Shown here one piece after another: positions 47,665 through 62,298 of a stretch of 64,000 bases of DNA (position 1 is the stretch's first letter; each line of letters begins with the position of its first letter). The notes below the pieces were generated by a model. That model had not been told where the DNA came from and searched no databases. It was given only the letters and a program-made list of their open reading frames with translations. The DNA comes from Amphiscolops sp. MND2022 (lineage: Eukaryota), in NCBI GenBank assembly GCA_964187785.1, contig OZ076411.1, forward strand, positions 67,456,001-67,520,000, written 5' to 3'. A program made the translations under genes and the position numbers.

Positions 47665-49469
47665 GTTAGTTCCAGGAAATGCTTCGACTTCATTCATTGG
47701 TTACAGTTTTAAGGGTCGCCAAACTTCGAATGTTATCCAATTTTCATTTGCTGCTTTTTTATTTCAAAATGACTCACTTACTCTTTGGTATATTCTTAAA
47801 AAGAGAAAATGGATTTTTTACGGAGAAGGCTTACATTATTTTCAAAATTCCAAAAATTTGTTTTGCAAATTTCACACTCATTTGGCTACGCTCACACCAT
47901 AAAGTTTTTCTCTTCCTATATTTGACTGCCCGAATACACTCTATATGGGTAACGAAAAATTTCGAAAATCTCAAATTTTGACAGGCGAAGCCGTGCTTCG
48001 CAAACACTTGCGACGAAAGTTGCGAGCTTTTGGAGAGGAAACCAAATAGGCAATATCATACGGAGAACCAAGGGTTGAGGAGGCGGACAAATTTTATACT
48101 ACTTGATCAATTTTAAAAACCAGCACAAAAACCACATGAATCGGTGCCGTAATAAGACTGCTTGTAGGGGGAAGCGACCAGAAGACTTTTGGGTGGTCTG
48201 TTTCCTACGAGAAAGGGGCCTGTATTGACCAAAGCAACAACACAAGAGCTCAAATAACCCAATTCGATTTTATTAGGCCACAACACTTCACACATCGGTA
48301 TTAGCCAGGCAACATTCCAGAGATATTTCAACGAAATTGCATTCAACTTGTCTGATTTACATCAGATTCATTAGCAGTCTAATCATACTACCATAGTAGT
48401 TACTATTTTTGGAGCGAAGGTTCTTGGGCTGTGAACTGGAATTGATAATACTGAGTTTTAACTTTCAATAGGCCTTGCACCTTTCCAAAATCTGGTTTTC
48501 AATTTCAAATTGCAATATCTAAACTATTCGTCCCAGACAACTCATTTGACATTCAGAAACGATGGCCTGAGTTTTCACTGAGTTCCAAACATGGCTCGGG
48601 GCTCGCTTCGTGACGCTGGCTTCTGACTTAGTGCGAAAATCTTTGCAGATATCGTGCCTGTATTTCCGAGAAGCAAAAAAAGGATCGTGCTGTCATTTTT
48701 TGTTTTGAAGTTTTTAATCTCTACTGAATGTAATTCAGATGAGATAAGCGAAACTACTAAAAAAAAATCGACCACTAAAACAATGGGTTCAAGAAAACAG
48801 TTTACGCCACCGAATTCAGCGTTTCGAGAAGAGGGATTACATGCAGTAGACCTTGTCAAGAACTGTGTACTCTTTTGTTGTGGTATCATCAATTAGACAA
48901 TAGAAACCTTCTGACGCCATGAAACGTAAGACGGAACTATTGTCGCATCTCCAGTTTACTTTCAAATCGCCCATATTTTTGGTCGGTTCATGTGTTTCCT
49001 AAATTTCTGGTAAAGACATTCTTTGGAAAGTGGTATCGGTGTTTCTGACGATCGTCGATGAACAAATATGAAAAGGTCCTTTATTCGAAGGAAACGATTT
49101 GCACATTGTTCTCGACTTCGAATGTTATTTCGAGATGAACTTTCGGGAAAATCCTCTTCTGTCTCCCTATTTGAATTTCATCTAGGGAAGTCAATCGCGT
49201 GGTGAGCATATCATTGAATGTGGATGGAAGTATTTTTGTCAAAAACAGCCAAGTTTCACAGAATATGTTGATAGTTCAAGTGTTTCCAATAAAATGGTTG
49301 TTTGGCAGCGTTACCAAAATTTTTGAAGTTTTTTTACGTTTTGGAACAATGATCGAGTTTTCTAACAGCGATTGTAAAGCTGCGAAAACGGCCTCTTTTG
49401 TTAGTCGGTCCATCTCCAGAGTAAACTGTAACGAGAAAAATGTGTCCAGTAATTTTCAAACCTAATCAA

Positions 49470-50560
49470 TATAATCAAACAGCGGAAAGAAGGGGAACCA
49501 TTGGTAGAAGTAGAGCAGATGAAAGAGAATCAATGTCGACAATGGTTGAGCGAACTTCCGGGTGGACAGATATCTTTCTGAAGGGGAATTCGCCGACAAT
49601 GAAATCGAACAGATTTTCCAACTTCTGGACTCTACTCAATGCGGTGTACACCAAATGAACTGTTGGTCTAGAACGGAAGTCGTACTTCAAGCCATTGAAC
49701 CTACCGCCTGAAATATTAACACACCCATTCTTCGAGAAAAAAATGAAGTTGTGAAGTTTAATTTAAACGGAAGATAGCGTTTCACTCCAGCCTGATAAGA
49801 TCAATAACAAGTCCTAAGAAGTACATTTCGAAAAGTAAGGAAAATAGCTCACCTTGTGATTCATGACTGGTAATAGCCGACGGAGGGACGACAGGAAACT
49901 GGGTTCTAGTAACTCTGGTTGATGTTGTTCAATGAGTTATCTCGAAGTTTTGAGATGGGTAGCCATTTCAATGCCTTCACGTACAAACGGTGAGCTTGGT
50001 CAACACCACTGTTTTTGTGACAAAGCATCATTTTGATTTTCTGCAGTATACCATTCACTTGAAATGTCATTGGCGGGTATCGTGGGTGCTTGGCAGTTTG
50101 ATAACGACAAAACTTTTTCATTCTATTCAGCAACTCGTTGATTTGTATAACAGACACGTAAACACGGTGGGTGATGTGGAATGATTGCTTTCGAGGAACC
50201 CAATATCATGAATTGTATGTGAAGCTCTTAGATTTCGAAAAAATAGCTCAGCGAACAAAAGTAATTCAATTGTTGCATGACTACGTTGATTTCAAACATT
50301 GAGAAATGTCCCACAGTTGCTGTTGCCGCGTGGAAACTCTATCACATGAGTTTGACGTTAAATCAACTGGAAAAGCTTTGTCTGGAGGAAATTGATATAA
50401 ATCATCAAAGAACGCATGAGCAGTTTGAAGAGCGATTACATCGAAGGGGAGTCAAAGAAGACGCTTATCAATGTTTCGTCACGGGCTGTGGTGTGGTACA
50501 AGGAACTCAGAAAGCACGCCTCTCAGTGAAAATTAATCTTTTTATGACTGTTTCAGCAAT
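49470..50560 (-). mobile_element. PIF1-type helicase remnant (Helitron-like), degenerate
   Basis: Minus-strand DDLYQFPP (~50410-50383), QFPVVPPSAITSHESQG (~49903-49853) and YTALSRVQKL (~49650-49620) occur in PIF1 motif order. Confidence 0.6.
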
Positions 50561-51896
50561 CAATTCTAGCTCGTTCTTTCAAACATGTTGCGGCAGAATA
50601 ATCAGAATAGTCAATTACAAATATTTTCAAAACTGTTGAGGCAGAAAAACCAGAAAATACATTCGAATTGTAAATAATAAAAAAATAATAGAATAAAAAA
50701 ATGAATAAATTTAATCACTTCGACAGGGACCAGCGTTGAACTCTTGTGCATTTATCTCGGGAGAACTGAAAAGGGGTACTGTCCAATTCACTTACAATGA
50801 AAACAATGTGCCAAGATGAAAGCATAACATAAGAAACCAAAAATACAAAATCAAACTTCAAAAGAAACAATGAGATCAAATGTCAAAGTCAACCAGAAGA
50901 TCCAGAATTCTACCGGAAGAAAACCTTCAAACTACCAGTCTGAGGAGCAACCGGTTTTCCAACTAGAGGCATAAAAATCACGAAAATCTCAGGAATTCAA
51001 GTTTTAGCTCAGCAGGCAAAACGAAAAAAAAAATGTTTTTTGAATTGCAGAGGTTGAAGCAGGATGAAAAGCAGAAAACATTGTTCTGAGTAACCTGAAG
51101 CATGAAAGATTTCGCATTTTAGCTTTGAGCATGTTTTTGAACATTAAAAAACAACCTCGACGATCACTGAACTGCTCTATTGAATAGGCAACCAACTTTT
51201 CGTCTAAAGTCTCCATTCAGTAGAATTGCAAACATCGATTATAATCGAGAAACCACATGGGTAATGCATGGGGGTTCAGAAAGTTTGTGCATAATTTAAT
51301 CACTAGGACTGCCTTCTCCCATGCACAGGTTCGACAATCCAGTAAAACTGGATTAGGGCAAGTTTGAAATCGGTATGCGAAGTCTCAGTTTAAAGCCTTA
51401 ACTTGAAAAACACTTCTGCAGGCGACCGATGGAATTTATTTCGAAGCATTTTGAAGGAATTTGAGCTTCCAACACTTGAACACTTTTTCTGAAAACGCTT
51501 TCTTGAAAATTAAAATGCATAACTTTCACAAAATGCCAAATGTCAAAGTATGCAATGTTATAACTTGCGAGCTTTTTGTTTGATTTCAAATGAAAATATA
51601 CCTCTGTGACTCATCGAAATTTGCTTCTGGGACTTTTGTGTCAATTGAATATGTAAAAATATTTTGCGATTCGCAATTTTTGTCTGCGAAATGAGTGTCT
51701 TTAGCTTTTTCGTACCCTAGAGTATATTTTGGAAACGCAGTTGGCTTTAAGATTTTTTAAATCATGAGTTTCAACCACAACACAACGGTAACTATTGTCT
51801 ATCAAACGAGAGTTAGTTGCCATTTGAAAACAGCATCTTTGATGTTGCATCCAAAGGTATGACCCCTTGAAGCGTCCAGGGTTGTTGTACTTGCAG

Positions 51897-52035
51897 GGAG
51901 AAGATCATGGAGCAGTCACAGAAAGAGTTAAATGACCTGCAAGACATCGTGTTCTCTCTGGAGAAGAGCTTCCAGGACAAGGAAGCGGAGGCGTTGAGTG
52001 AGTTCCAGAGTCTCAGAGATGAGATCAAAACCAAG
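51897..52035 (+). CDS. CCDC65: DRC2 coding exon 4 (gene incomplete in window)
   Basis: gcAG|(R)EKIMEQSQKELNDLQDIVFSLEKSFQDKEAEALSEFQSLRDEIKTK|GT, phase 2 in and 0 out. The four exons give 210 codons. Confidence 0.9.
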
Positions 52036-53449
52036 GTTAGTCCAGTTACCAACGGGTCCAGTCTAATGGGCATTGAATAGACCACGCTCATACTCAGGGC
52101 AGTGCTGCGTCTCAGGAAGAGCCAAGAACATGTGAACGAAATCAGGTTCTGTGAGTTGACGAAATGATGTTATCTCCAATATTTATTCCAAGAATTCTGG
52201 ATGCTTAAAAATTCTTATAAAATTCTTATTAAATTCCTATAAATTCTGCTCTTTTCTCGCCAGAAAATGGCCATATTTCTTCGGTGTTAAACTGAATTAG
52301 GAATTTTGCCTAAACCCTTTCGAGATGATGTAGCGATTTTGCATATTTTCACTTTGACATATTTCGTTCTGATTTTATGGAGACACATTTTATGTATGGT
52401 TTTCATGTCATGGATCTAAAAAATCCCCTTTAGTAAGGAGCCTATTTTTATTCGGCAGTTTTTGTGACTTAAAAGTCTGATTCTTACATTGGCAAATTTG
52501 TTTTGTCAAATTATACCCCTGACACTGTGTTCACGCCTCTTGTTCTAGTGGTTAGGATGCGTACTTACCCATTGTATGTTTGCCGATCTTGTCGACCCGC
52601 CCCCAATATTTTCCCACTTTTTTCAGTTTTCCGAATCCAAATGGCGCCTTTTCAAAAAAAATTGGCACTCTGAAAAGAGAATTTCCCAGAAGCAACCCTC
52701 GGCATATAATTTTAATTATACTATGCGCTTTTTGAGACGTTCTAGTCTTGTTAAATATCATATGACATGTTTCATTTTCTCCCCTTGACCTATATGTAAA
52801 CGTTTACTTGAAGAAGCGTTTATTGATATTGAATCCGATCTGATTTACGGGGCTGTTTTATTGACGAATGGTAGGTTTTTCAACAATTGGTTGAGGTGTT
52901 CGTGGTGGTGAAGATAATCTTTATTAATCTGCCGTTTATCTACTCTGTTTTTCTTGCCCGATGTCTATGAAAGCATTCTCGCAGGATGTGTTTCTGATCC
53001 TATCATTAATTCATCTTTCCATATAATAGATGGATGCGTCTCAATTTTTATTTTATATAATTTAAATAGCTCAACTTTCGATTTATTTCTTATTTCGAAT
53101 TGTAGATGCTTCGATTCATTGTGGCCTACGTTTTATTAATTTAGGACGTCGTGTGTTCTTGATGATTGTAAATACTTTTGTCGGTGTTTTAGTGATAGCA
53201 TTGAAAGAAACACAATCTTGATAGAAAGATTTCCAGTTTCTCAACAAAAGTATAATTTTCTTCATTGAAAAGTTTCTGTAATGGGTGTGATTCTCAACTA
53301 AGTATCGTTTTATAATTTATTCTTGAACTATTCGAAACCCAACACAAATTTATAACGCGTTTTGTCTAAAAGACATAATAGTCCAAATGCCGTTTTTCAG
53401 CTCCTTTTAATCCCCTGAGACAATTTAGTTTCGTGTGAAACAAAACACC

Positions 53450-54300
53450 AACGCCGGCATTTGACTCCGAGAAGTATCGACGAGTCTCTTGCCATTTCAA
53501 ATAATGTCGATCGAGAGAATTCCAATTAAAATGAAAAAAGTTACTATGAAAAATGATGGACGCAGAAAAATTAGTCTGCGAAGTTTCCCTTTTCCGTTAT
53601 AGTGCAGCACTAATTGTGAAATATAAGTAAATCCATACTCTAACATGCTGTATTGCAGAACAAGCTTAATGTAGGTTTTGTTGAGAAGCATCAAGTCTGG
53701 AGATTCAAAAAGCATCAATTTATTTACGATAGCAGCAGCTTCTGAATTCTTGTGTGGAAAGGAATTGATCTGATCAGTAAATTGGTAATCGTTATCGAAG
53801 GAGACGTCTAAGACTGTTCTTCGATTTTCGAATCATTAAAAACAATATATTGTGGTTTTACTGAAGAAAATTCTGCTAACATTTAGATACAAAATATCTA
53901 TCAAATTTAGGCCATTTACTCATCCTGTTGAATTCGAAGCTGATTTTTCTGCTGATGTTCTTCAATTTTTGCTTTCATCGCCAAAAAAGTAGGGCTTTTG
54001 CTTGTTTTTGATTACTTCAAAACCGTTCTTGTCAAGTATCTGTAAAGTTGGACCGATATTTGAGGAGCTTTGCGGTGCACCATTGGCAAGGAAGGTTCCG
54101 GATGACTGAACATTATCGACAATAACATGTTGCTTTTTTTCTGAATTGAAACTCGAACCACGTAATAACTGCCACCATCGAATTCAGAAACATATAAACG
54201 TTTTCAAGCGAATCCTTTAAACATTTTCTTCACTGATTATATAACACTTTTTGTCCGCTCGAAGTTTCTGAAAAATTACAAGGATGTGTACTTTGGATTC
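53450..54300 (-). mobile_element. Highly degenerate LINE RT remnant
   Basis: Minus-strand LLNKTYIKLVLQYSMLEYG resembles the post-RT YxxxVRPxLEY motif; little else is recognisable. Confidence 0.35.
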
Positions 54301-55114
54301 CCAGAATGTTAAACAGATGGCGTTTTAACACAGAACTTGAAACTTTGAAAAATTTCGAAAAGTATGCAATTTACAGCATATACAGTTTTCCGGAATTACG
54401 TTTTTCCAACTTTATCTCATTTTTAGTGCCTATCCACAGAATTAATTGAATGAATTTTAGCCAAATTTAATTGAATCGGTTAAGTTGATCGGTTATTAAT
54501 CAAATTCAGTTTTACAAACCGTTTTTAATATCAGACCGATGATTTTACGTCCCTCCAGGTCGGCCTTCGTCAAAACTAGCCGCTGGACCAGTAGTGGCAC
54601 GTCGCTTCGCTCCTGGACTTAGCGTCTTATTAGTGTGCAAACTTAGTTAATCACGATTCCCTAATTTAGCTTTTACCTAAGAGATTTTAATAACTGGTTA
54701 CATTGGAAATCACTGGCCACCATAACTAATTCAAGCGCTCCTTAAAGGTCTAAAATCTCTGAAAATAGTTTTGAGATTCGATGATTACAGCCATTCAGTT
54801 GCAGTCATGATTATTCTTTGCAGTTATCAAGATTGGTTTTGGATTTGTTCAAGAGCCTTATGTGCGATAATTAAATTCGTCAAACAGGAGCACTGTGAGT
54901 CTTCGCATGAAGGATAAGTTACCGTTGACGTTGGAATGTGAGTTTTTGTCCTGTGATCACAAATTTTTATCTAGGGTTATATTTGATTTCATCTAGATAA
55001 AAACTTTCCCGATTTGGTTTGAATTTGTTCTATTAACATTGTGCTTTCCTGAATAGTGCCGATAACAGCTTTCAGAGGGTGTGATTAGTCTCTGTTTTTG
55101 TACCCCTTTTATAG

Positions 55115-55289
55115 CAGGGGCCCAAATAACGTTTACGTAATAACATCTAAAAGTGTTTCGGGAATAACGTCTAAAAGAATGCCGTCTAAAATTCAATGTT
55201 CTAAGACGGAATGAGCATGACTTGGCTCAAGACGTTATTACCGTTTTGCATTTAGATGTTATTCCTTAGACATTGTTCCCGCTCTTGCC
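55115..55289. mobile_element. Small MITE related to the 31735 element
   Basis: Forward aataac(a/g)tctaaaa motifs on the left and reverse ttagatgttattcc on the right. Flanked by cttttatag (55106-55114) and gttttatag (55290-55298). Confidence 0.5.
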
Positions 55290-55749
55290 GTTTTATAGTC
55301 TTTCATCTCTTCATTAATAGCAACAGTGCTGCATGATTTCATACCTCTCGTGCTTTCTTGTTACTTTTTATGTCTCCCAAGACTATTGCTGCAGCCACTT
55401 CATCTTCCTGTAATTTCTGCCAACATAGGTGTTACTTTGTTGCCTAATGACTCCGTAAAGGCCATTTACAATGATACTACCATGTCCGTGTCGCACTCAA
55501 TTAACTATGACCGCCAGCGTGACAACACTACGTGACATTACGTCATTGATAATATGCAAAATTACATAACATTCTGTAGCTTCCATAAAACCCCACAGTT
55601 AGAAATATCGCAATTAAAATGTGGATCCCATTGTATGTATATGCATAGTTTGAATGACTGAAGATGGCTTAGTATAACAGTCGATTATAACTCGATTTTT
55701 TTCCTCCGGTGGGACCCGAGATTAGATTACGGGACTTTCTTCGACTTCC

Positions 55750-56370
55750 TTAAGCGGCCATTGAGATTTGAAGACTTGTAAAATCAGTCAAATGGGACGT
55801 TGACTTCCAGAGCGAGTTGTTCGCAAGCTGGAAATCGGAAGTGAAGGGCTCTGAATGAGACGTTCTCCATGTTACAGAAGCACAACCAAAATATGCATTA
55901 AGTATGTTCTGTCATAAATACTGCAGAAGAAATCCAGCTTACACTGGACCTGACGGTGATGTTGAGAAGTAACAGAGAAAATCGTTCTGGTGATTTATTA
56001 TTGATTACTTTTTTGGGCCCCGGCTCCAAAAGTTTTTCAATGAAACTAGAGAATATATTGATGACTTACTGCAAAATCGTGCCAGCTGACTTCGGAAATT
56101 TGTCGGAATCGGTTGCGACCATGGTTGTTCTAAAATTGCCGTTTTAGTATGATGAGGTGTTGTTAAACTGAAGTTGATGATTTCCAACACAGTTTTTATT
56201 TGGTGTTTTATGCATAGGGACTAGTTTTTTTTCTTCCAGTCTCGCATTGTACAGTTGAATCCTCCTAATTTGGAACGCTAGTGACCAAATAAAATTGTAT
56301 GAATGGTGAGAAATACGAATTAACTGGATTATTTTACTTTGGTCGTCGCGAAATGGAGGTTTCAGATGCA
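55750..56370 (-). mobile_element. Highly degenerate LINE RT remnant
   Basis: Minus-strand FRDDQSKII (FADD-like) and FGCASVTW (LEYASxVW-like) occur in the expected order. Confidence 0.3.
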
Positions 56371-58792
56371 TACGAATTAAACGAACATCCGAATTAACCG
56401 GAGTTGACTCGTCTCCTGATTTTTGTTTAACTTCGCTAGCGGTTTCATATCGTCGTGGAGAAAGTCTGAAATGTATCTAGGACCATATTTTTAAGGCTGA
56501 ACAAAAAAGTGTCCCCCTTTTGGTGTTTTTCGGCACTGTGCAATTTTTTTTTAAAAAAATTCATTCTACCGAAGCCCCCATTTGATTTGTTCTTTTCAAT
56601 TTAAAAAACCCTTTAGCAACACGAAGGCCTTTTAAAGGGATTCTATGCAATTTTTGAGCCATACGACTCGGGCCGTTCCCAGCTTGTTTTTGTCTAAAGA
56701 GTTTTCCCGCATGAAACGAGTTTGGGATTTAGTCGATTATTCTGCGCGTATCACCCAGAGATTATCGTCTTCTTCATCAGACGTTGAATGCGTTCCTTGG
56801 TTGAGAGAAATCAAATTTAATGATTCAACACAAATGTTTTCCTGGTAAAATATGTTTGAATTCGTCTTGAAACTTAATTGCAAACAGATGCTATCAAATT
56901 ATAAACAAGTGATTGTTACCAAATCCTACATTTCAATTATCAACAGTTTCTTCTGTTTTCACCATTTCAACTGACCTTTTAGGACAATATTTTTCGCCCA
57001 TATTTCCATATGAGAGAAGAGAATTGTTTACTCTGCCGTGTTTTCCCCAAAAATTTGCCATTTTCCAAATTTATACTCAAATGATAAAGGTGCTTCCTTG
57101 AGGTATGTACATGTAGAGGTTTTTGAAATTTTTATTATATCTGCGATAGCAGGAATATTGAAATCTGAACTTCGCAACTTTTTCAGTCAACTTTTCGTAC
57201 GCGATTCGAATGCCTACTGAAAATATCAGATTTTTTGTTCGGCAGTGAGTATAAGGGTATTTAATTATAATATATTTAAATTTCTCAAGCTGCCGACTAC
57301 AAATCATTTCTCGTGCGATGAAACGAGCGAGTGGTATTTATGCATTCGCCCTCCGAATTCATTGAGATGAAGCGAGCAAACGTGCGTAGTTATGCTTCCG
57401 TATGCCGAGTTGTTGAAATATTCGTTCGACGAGAGCTTCATCTGCTTTCAAATGCGAATACGAAACTTCGTCTACGCTTAGTAGGTATATTTTCTTTAGT
57501 CCGAGAAGAATTAAAGGCGAAGTAAACTGCTAGTGATTAATTGTGCTCTATATAAATGATTAAGATTTGCTTCTATTATTGAAGATGAAAGCCTAAAAGC
57601 AGAAATAATACTGTGCCCCGCAGGGTCCTATTTTTTTAAATTGGAAGAGACAGTTTCCTATTTTCGAGCATTTTTTGCAATTTTTGGTACAATTTCTGTT
57701 TTCGTGGAGGCCAAATTAGAGAATTCAGAGAAAAGAGCAAGTATAAAATATGCTTTTCTGGAGCCAAATTTTCAGAAAAGTATCCAAAAATGACCTCGAA
57801 TAAGCCCAAAATTCTAAAATTTCAAGTTTTTGAATGTTTCCTTTAGTAGAATATTTACAGAATTAAACGTTGAAACAATTAACTATCCATCCAGTATGCT
57901 TTTTAGGGAAGAAATCCGTAGGTCTTTTTCGACAGGGTTCAAAAACTGACTTCAAATCTCTACCGTGTTCAGCAAATTTTGTACTCTTTGATAGGTATGG
58001 TATTTGTAGGAAATCTTTCAAACGTGTTATTCTATTGTGAAATTTTAGCTTTTTTGTAGGTATGATTATCGACAGAGTGGAAAAACAAGATACGACTTGT
58101 TTAAGAAATCATGAAAAAGTTTTTCTGTGTGAAAAGCAGTAAGACAAAATATTCAACTTTTGACAGTATAATCCATATTTTGTGAATAGTTTGGATGTTT
58201 TGATAGCTATAAGATTCGAATACTTATATAACGAATGTTTTTGGTTACTTATCAGACATTTGTAATGAGAAACAAAGTTTTTGTGAGGACAGTGCCTAAA
58301 GGTTCCAAAAAAGACTTTTACCAGACAATTTACTACTTTTATTTTTATATTTACTAGACAATGGTTCTGACCATTTGAAATGGTTCTGAAAAAACCAAAA
58401 ATTCGATCGCTGAAAAAACCGAAAGTTTACAATTCAATCATAAAACATGAAAAATTATTTGCAAACGTCTCGAGTTTCAATCATAAAAACTTCAAATGAA
58501 CACGATTGACAGCAAGATAAATTTTCAGCAGGAATTTTCATCGAAGGCGTCTCTCTTGATAATCAATGGAGATAATTGCAGGTGAAAAGAGTGTTCAAAT
58601 GAGAAAATATGAAGCTTGCATTCATTTTTAGTCGGCGCTTCATGAAGTGAAACTCGACTATATTAGTGGCGTTTTTCAGTCCACACGAACTGACCAAAAA
58701 AGTTCTACAAAATTTTAAGGGGCCAAATTATACCATTTGGCCCAGGGAACTGAACTATAATAGAATAATCGTAAAAATAATAAACCCTAATA

Positions 58793-59741
58793 CACTGTAT
58801 GGACAAAAAGATTTGCACACCTACCAATTTTTTTTAAAAATGAACTCAAAGACAGAACAAAAACAACAAACTAATAACCAATTGTAGCACCTTTGGCTTT
58901 TAGCAACTATTTACGCGATTTTTCAGGGAATTGTACAGTTTTGTAACAGTTTTTTTCGTCGATACTCTCCCAGACTCTGGTGACAGTTTCATCTAAAATT
59001 TCCCATGTTATTCTCGCTTTCTGGAGACGCCGTTTGACAATAGCCGACAAATTCTTTATAATATTGAGGTCCGGACTGTAGACAGGCCATTGGAGCACGT
59101 TGACGCCACTTTCCTCAAAAAAATTTCGAGTTATTTGTGCTTTATGCACCGGGCAGTTATCCTGTTGAAACAACAAATCTTGGCCAAATATTTCCGGTCC
59201 AGGATCTCGAAGAAGTGAGAGGTAATCACTGCTCGTCATTGACGGCGGAGACTCGATTAGTTTCTTCTGGCCCGTTGACGAAATGACACCCCAGAACATA
59301 AGTGAGCGCTTGTTAGTTGAGAGATGTTTTGTGTACTTTGGGTCGTATCTTTTACCTGGTCTCCGTCACACATGAACTCTTCCGTCGCTCCTCAGTCGAA
59401 CCCTCACTTCGTCCGAGAACAGAACACGTCCCCACTGCTTGTCCGTCCAGTTCCTGTGACGCCAACACCACTCCATTCTCTTTTGGCGAATATTGTATTT
59501 CATTGGATTTGATGAGTAACTTTTTTGCGGCAGCTCTTCCTGAATACCCACGTCTTCGCAACCTCCTGCGAATTGTCTTTTCGCAGTCAGTTTCATCTGC
59601 CGAAAAACTGTTGAATACGAAGCGGAGTCTCTCAGGGCTCACAAAAGGGTCTAAAATTAAAAATATGAAACTCGTTCACGCGAGACTTGAACAGAAATCG
59701 AAAATGTTTCGCGGTGAGCAAATCTTTTTGTTCAGACAGTG
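58793..59741 (-). mobile_element. Tc1-family DNA transposon, internally deleted (949 bp), TA TSD
   Basis: 29-bp TIRs cactgtatggacaaaaagatttgcacacc / ggtgagcaaatctttttgttcagacagtg, each flanked by TA. Transposase pieces VLFSDE, MFWG, FQQDN, WPVYSPDLNII; the N-terminal HTH is missing. Confidence 0.92.
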
Positions 59742-62298
59742 TAATAATAAATCTTGAAAATTGTTCTGTTTATTTCTGATAAATAGTTTCTGATATGAAC
59801 AAAATTTTGCGCTATATCCGAATTTTCTACGTTATATCCGAAGTAAATTGCGTTTTATCAAAGTGGAGGCATAGATTCGAAATAAAGCGCTCCCATTCGC
59901 CCCAGCACGCTTTATGCGAACTTTTGACGCTGTATCTGAAGTGATTTTGCCGTTCCCGGTTCGTGTTACTGTATGCACCAGTTAGTCCATTTCGAATAGT
60001 CAATGGTGACAACAAACGCGAAGAATTTGTTACACCTGTGCAACTGAGCTCAATGGTGTGATGCAACGATGGTGCGGTACGCTCTGTTCTCTTTCGGAGG
60101 CGGTTATCAGGCTCAAGTTTTCAACGTCAAAGTCATGAAAGGCACTTCCGGAATCTTAAAAGTGTTTTGAGGTGCAATCAAAAGGTATATTTGAAAATGT
60201 CATTTCAAGACTTTCCCAAAACTGCTCGTTTTTTTCCTCGATAGGTCGAACTTTGTATGAAATGCGTTCGGTCTATCTTCAGTCTAAATTGCCATATTGA
60301 AGTTGATCCAAGTCAAAAGTAAGTTTTACGAACAATTTTTTCAGTTAATTGAGGTCTAAGTAATTAATTTACTCGAGAATGTTTTCATTTCTTGTAACTT
60401 CAATTCCTTTTTACTTACTTTGTTTCAGCGACTCGTTTCTGAACAAAAACTTAGATCTTTGGATCAATAATTGTTTGTACTGAATCGATTTTTTCCGTTC
60501 GTTGTGAGGTCTAACGTTACCATTTATGATCAAATCCCGAACATGAAAAGAATAGGCTAATGAAAAATAATATATGCTCTTTTCCAAACGTTTCCAATGT
60601 TGATACTCGAATGACTGGAAAAAGTGAACAAAGGGAAAATTTTGGGGAAAACGGACAAAAGACTGAGTTTCTCATGCTGCGATCAAAACGATTTGAATCT
60701 AGTGTAACGAGGGTTGCCGTTATAAAACAATTAGTTTATTGACTTGGTTGTTTGCTTGAGTTCCGCTTAAAAAGCCAAGTGTCGGCGGCGGCCTCTGCTT
60801 TTTACCCTGGAGCTTTTTTGTCTGATTGCAATCACTTGTCTCCTTTGATGGTTTCGTGTTGCTTTTTATGTTCGCTCGCTGCAGACTTTGTCTATAATAC
60901 TTGCTATAAATGAATATATAAAGTCACCCATCATACCAATTATCTCCATTTTTAACCGATCTTATATTAAGCATTGAAAATATCGCACAATGTTTTTTGT
61001 TCATTTCTGTTCTTTTTTCAGTTGAATGTATATGCTGAGTAGATGCGGTACAAAACTTATTTTCAAGACGGGGCAAAATAGCCGATTTTGAAAATCAGAC
61101 GAAACCCGTTTTGGCTACTAATTTTCTCCCGCTTTGAAAATCCGCATTTTGAGAATCGGCTACTTTGTCTGACTCTAAATTGACTTTATCCCGTTTTGAA
61201 AATCATTTTTTGTCCTTTTTCGAAATTCGGTTTTTCTGTCCGCTCCCATCTCGTTGTCAAGGTGTAGTTTGTCTAATCAGATTCGTTCATTAACAACTGT
61301 AGATAAAATTGCATTTTAAAATCAAGAATCAGTATTGATACATTATTAATGCTTCCCTGTCGTGGAATTCGTTTTACTGACTGATTCTACTTATAATCTA
61401 CCGCTTACTACTTGGTTCATTTCATGTTTGTTGCTTTGCTTCTCCGTCTTTTCCTCGTTTGCCATTGGTGGAGACGAAGAGAAGTTGTTGGCCAGGAATT
61501 GTTGAATTTTATTTCCCTCATTTCGCTTCTTTTTCTTTACTTATAATTCCCCATGTGTCCTGAACTGTTTTGAATGCCAGTTATACTACTACCGCTCCAC
61601 TGTTTTATCCACCACAGACAAAACCGCCTCTCATGTTATCTGCTTATCACTGCTACTGTTTTTACTCAAAACAGTTGAAACTCGAAATCTCGATATCCTG
61701 ATCCATTGAGCGTATATACCAAGGAGTTGGTTGTTGGTGTTAACCAACCAAAAAAGTGTGTTAAAACCATCCCCCATTTTCGTTCATCTGACTCTCAAAA
61801 TTTCCGCAATCTTTATCATCGTGTGTGGTAATTATCTGTGGCAGTACCAATGCCGCCGCCGCCGTCACCACCGATGCTGCTCTTAGTGGAGTAATGCAAA
61901 TGCAACAAGTGTTATGCTCCGTGGTTTCCAGATTTTGCGCACACTACAACTTTCAAACGGAAACCAAACTCAAACGCACTGGAAAAGTTGCCTCTATTGA
62001 AACTTGTTCTTCCATTGTTCATTTTCATTGACTCGTTGTTGACAACGTGCTAGAAACAATCTACGAAACAATAGTACTGTTGTTATTTCTTTTGGTCATA
62101 AAAACTCGAAACTTGGTTTAGTCACTGTTGTTTTCGAACGATTTTGTTTGGAAACCCTAAACATGTCAGATCATTTTATGCAACATTTATCCTCCGATTA
62201 TTGGTCATTATTTCAAACAATAGTCCCTTTGTAATCAATTTAATCGCTAGTTAGATCTTCAATTTCATTAGTTATTAGCGCTCATTTATCTCTCAGTT

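Noticed and set aside
50700-51400. Helitron Rep (HUH) domain upstream of the PIF1 remnant
   Set aside because: Only a faint NPVLL-like match; HUH and catalytic tyrosine motifs are not recoverable.
52090-52150. Possible DRC2 exon 5 (AVLRLRKSQEHVNEIRF)
   Set aside because: Weak resemblance only; lacks the expected NLEEKH-like start and clean splice phases.
52535-52600. tRNA or tRNA-derived SINE (tctagtggttaggatgcg resembles a D-arm/A-box)
   Set aside because: No convincing T-arm/B-box, anticodon arm or acceptor stem.
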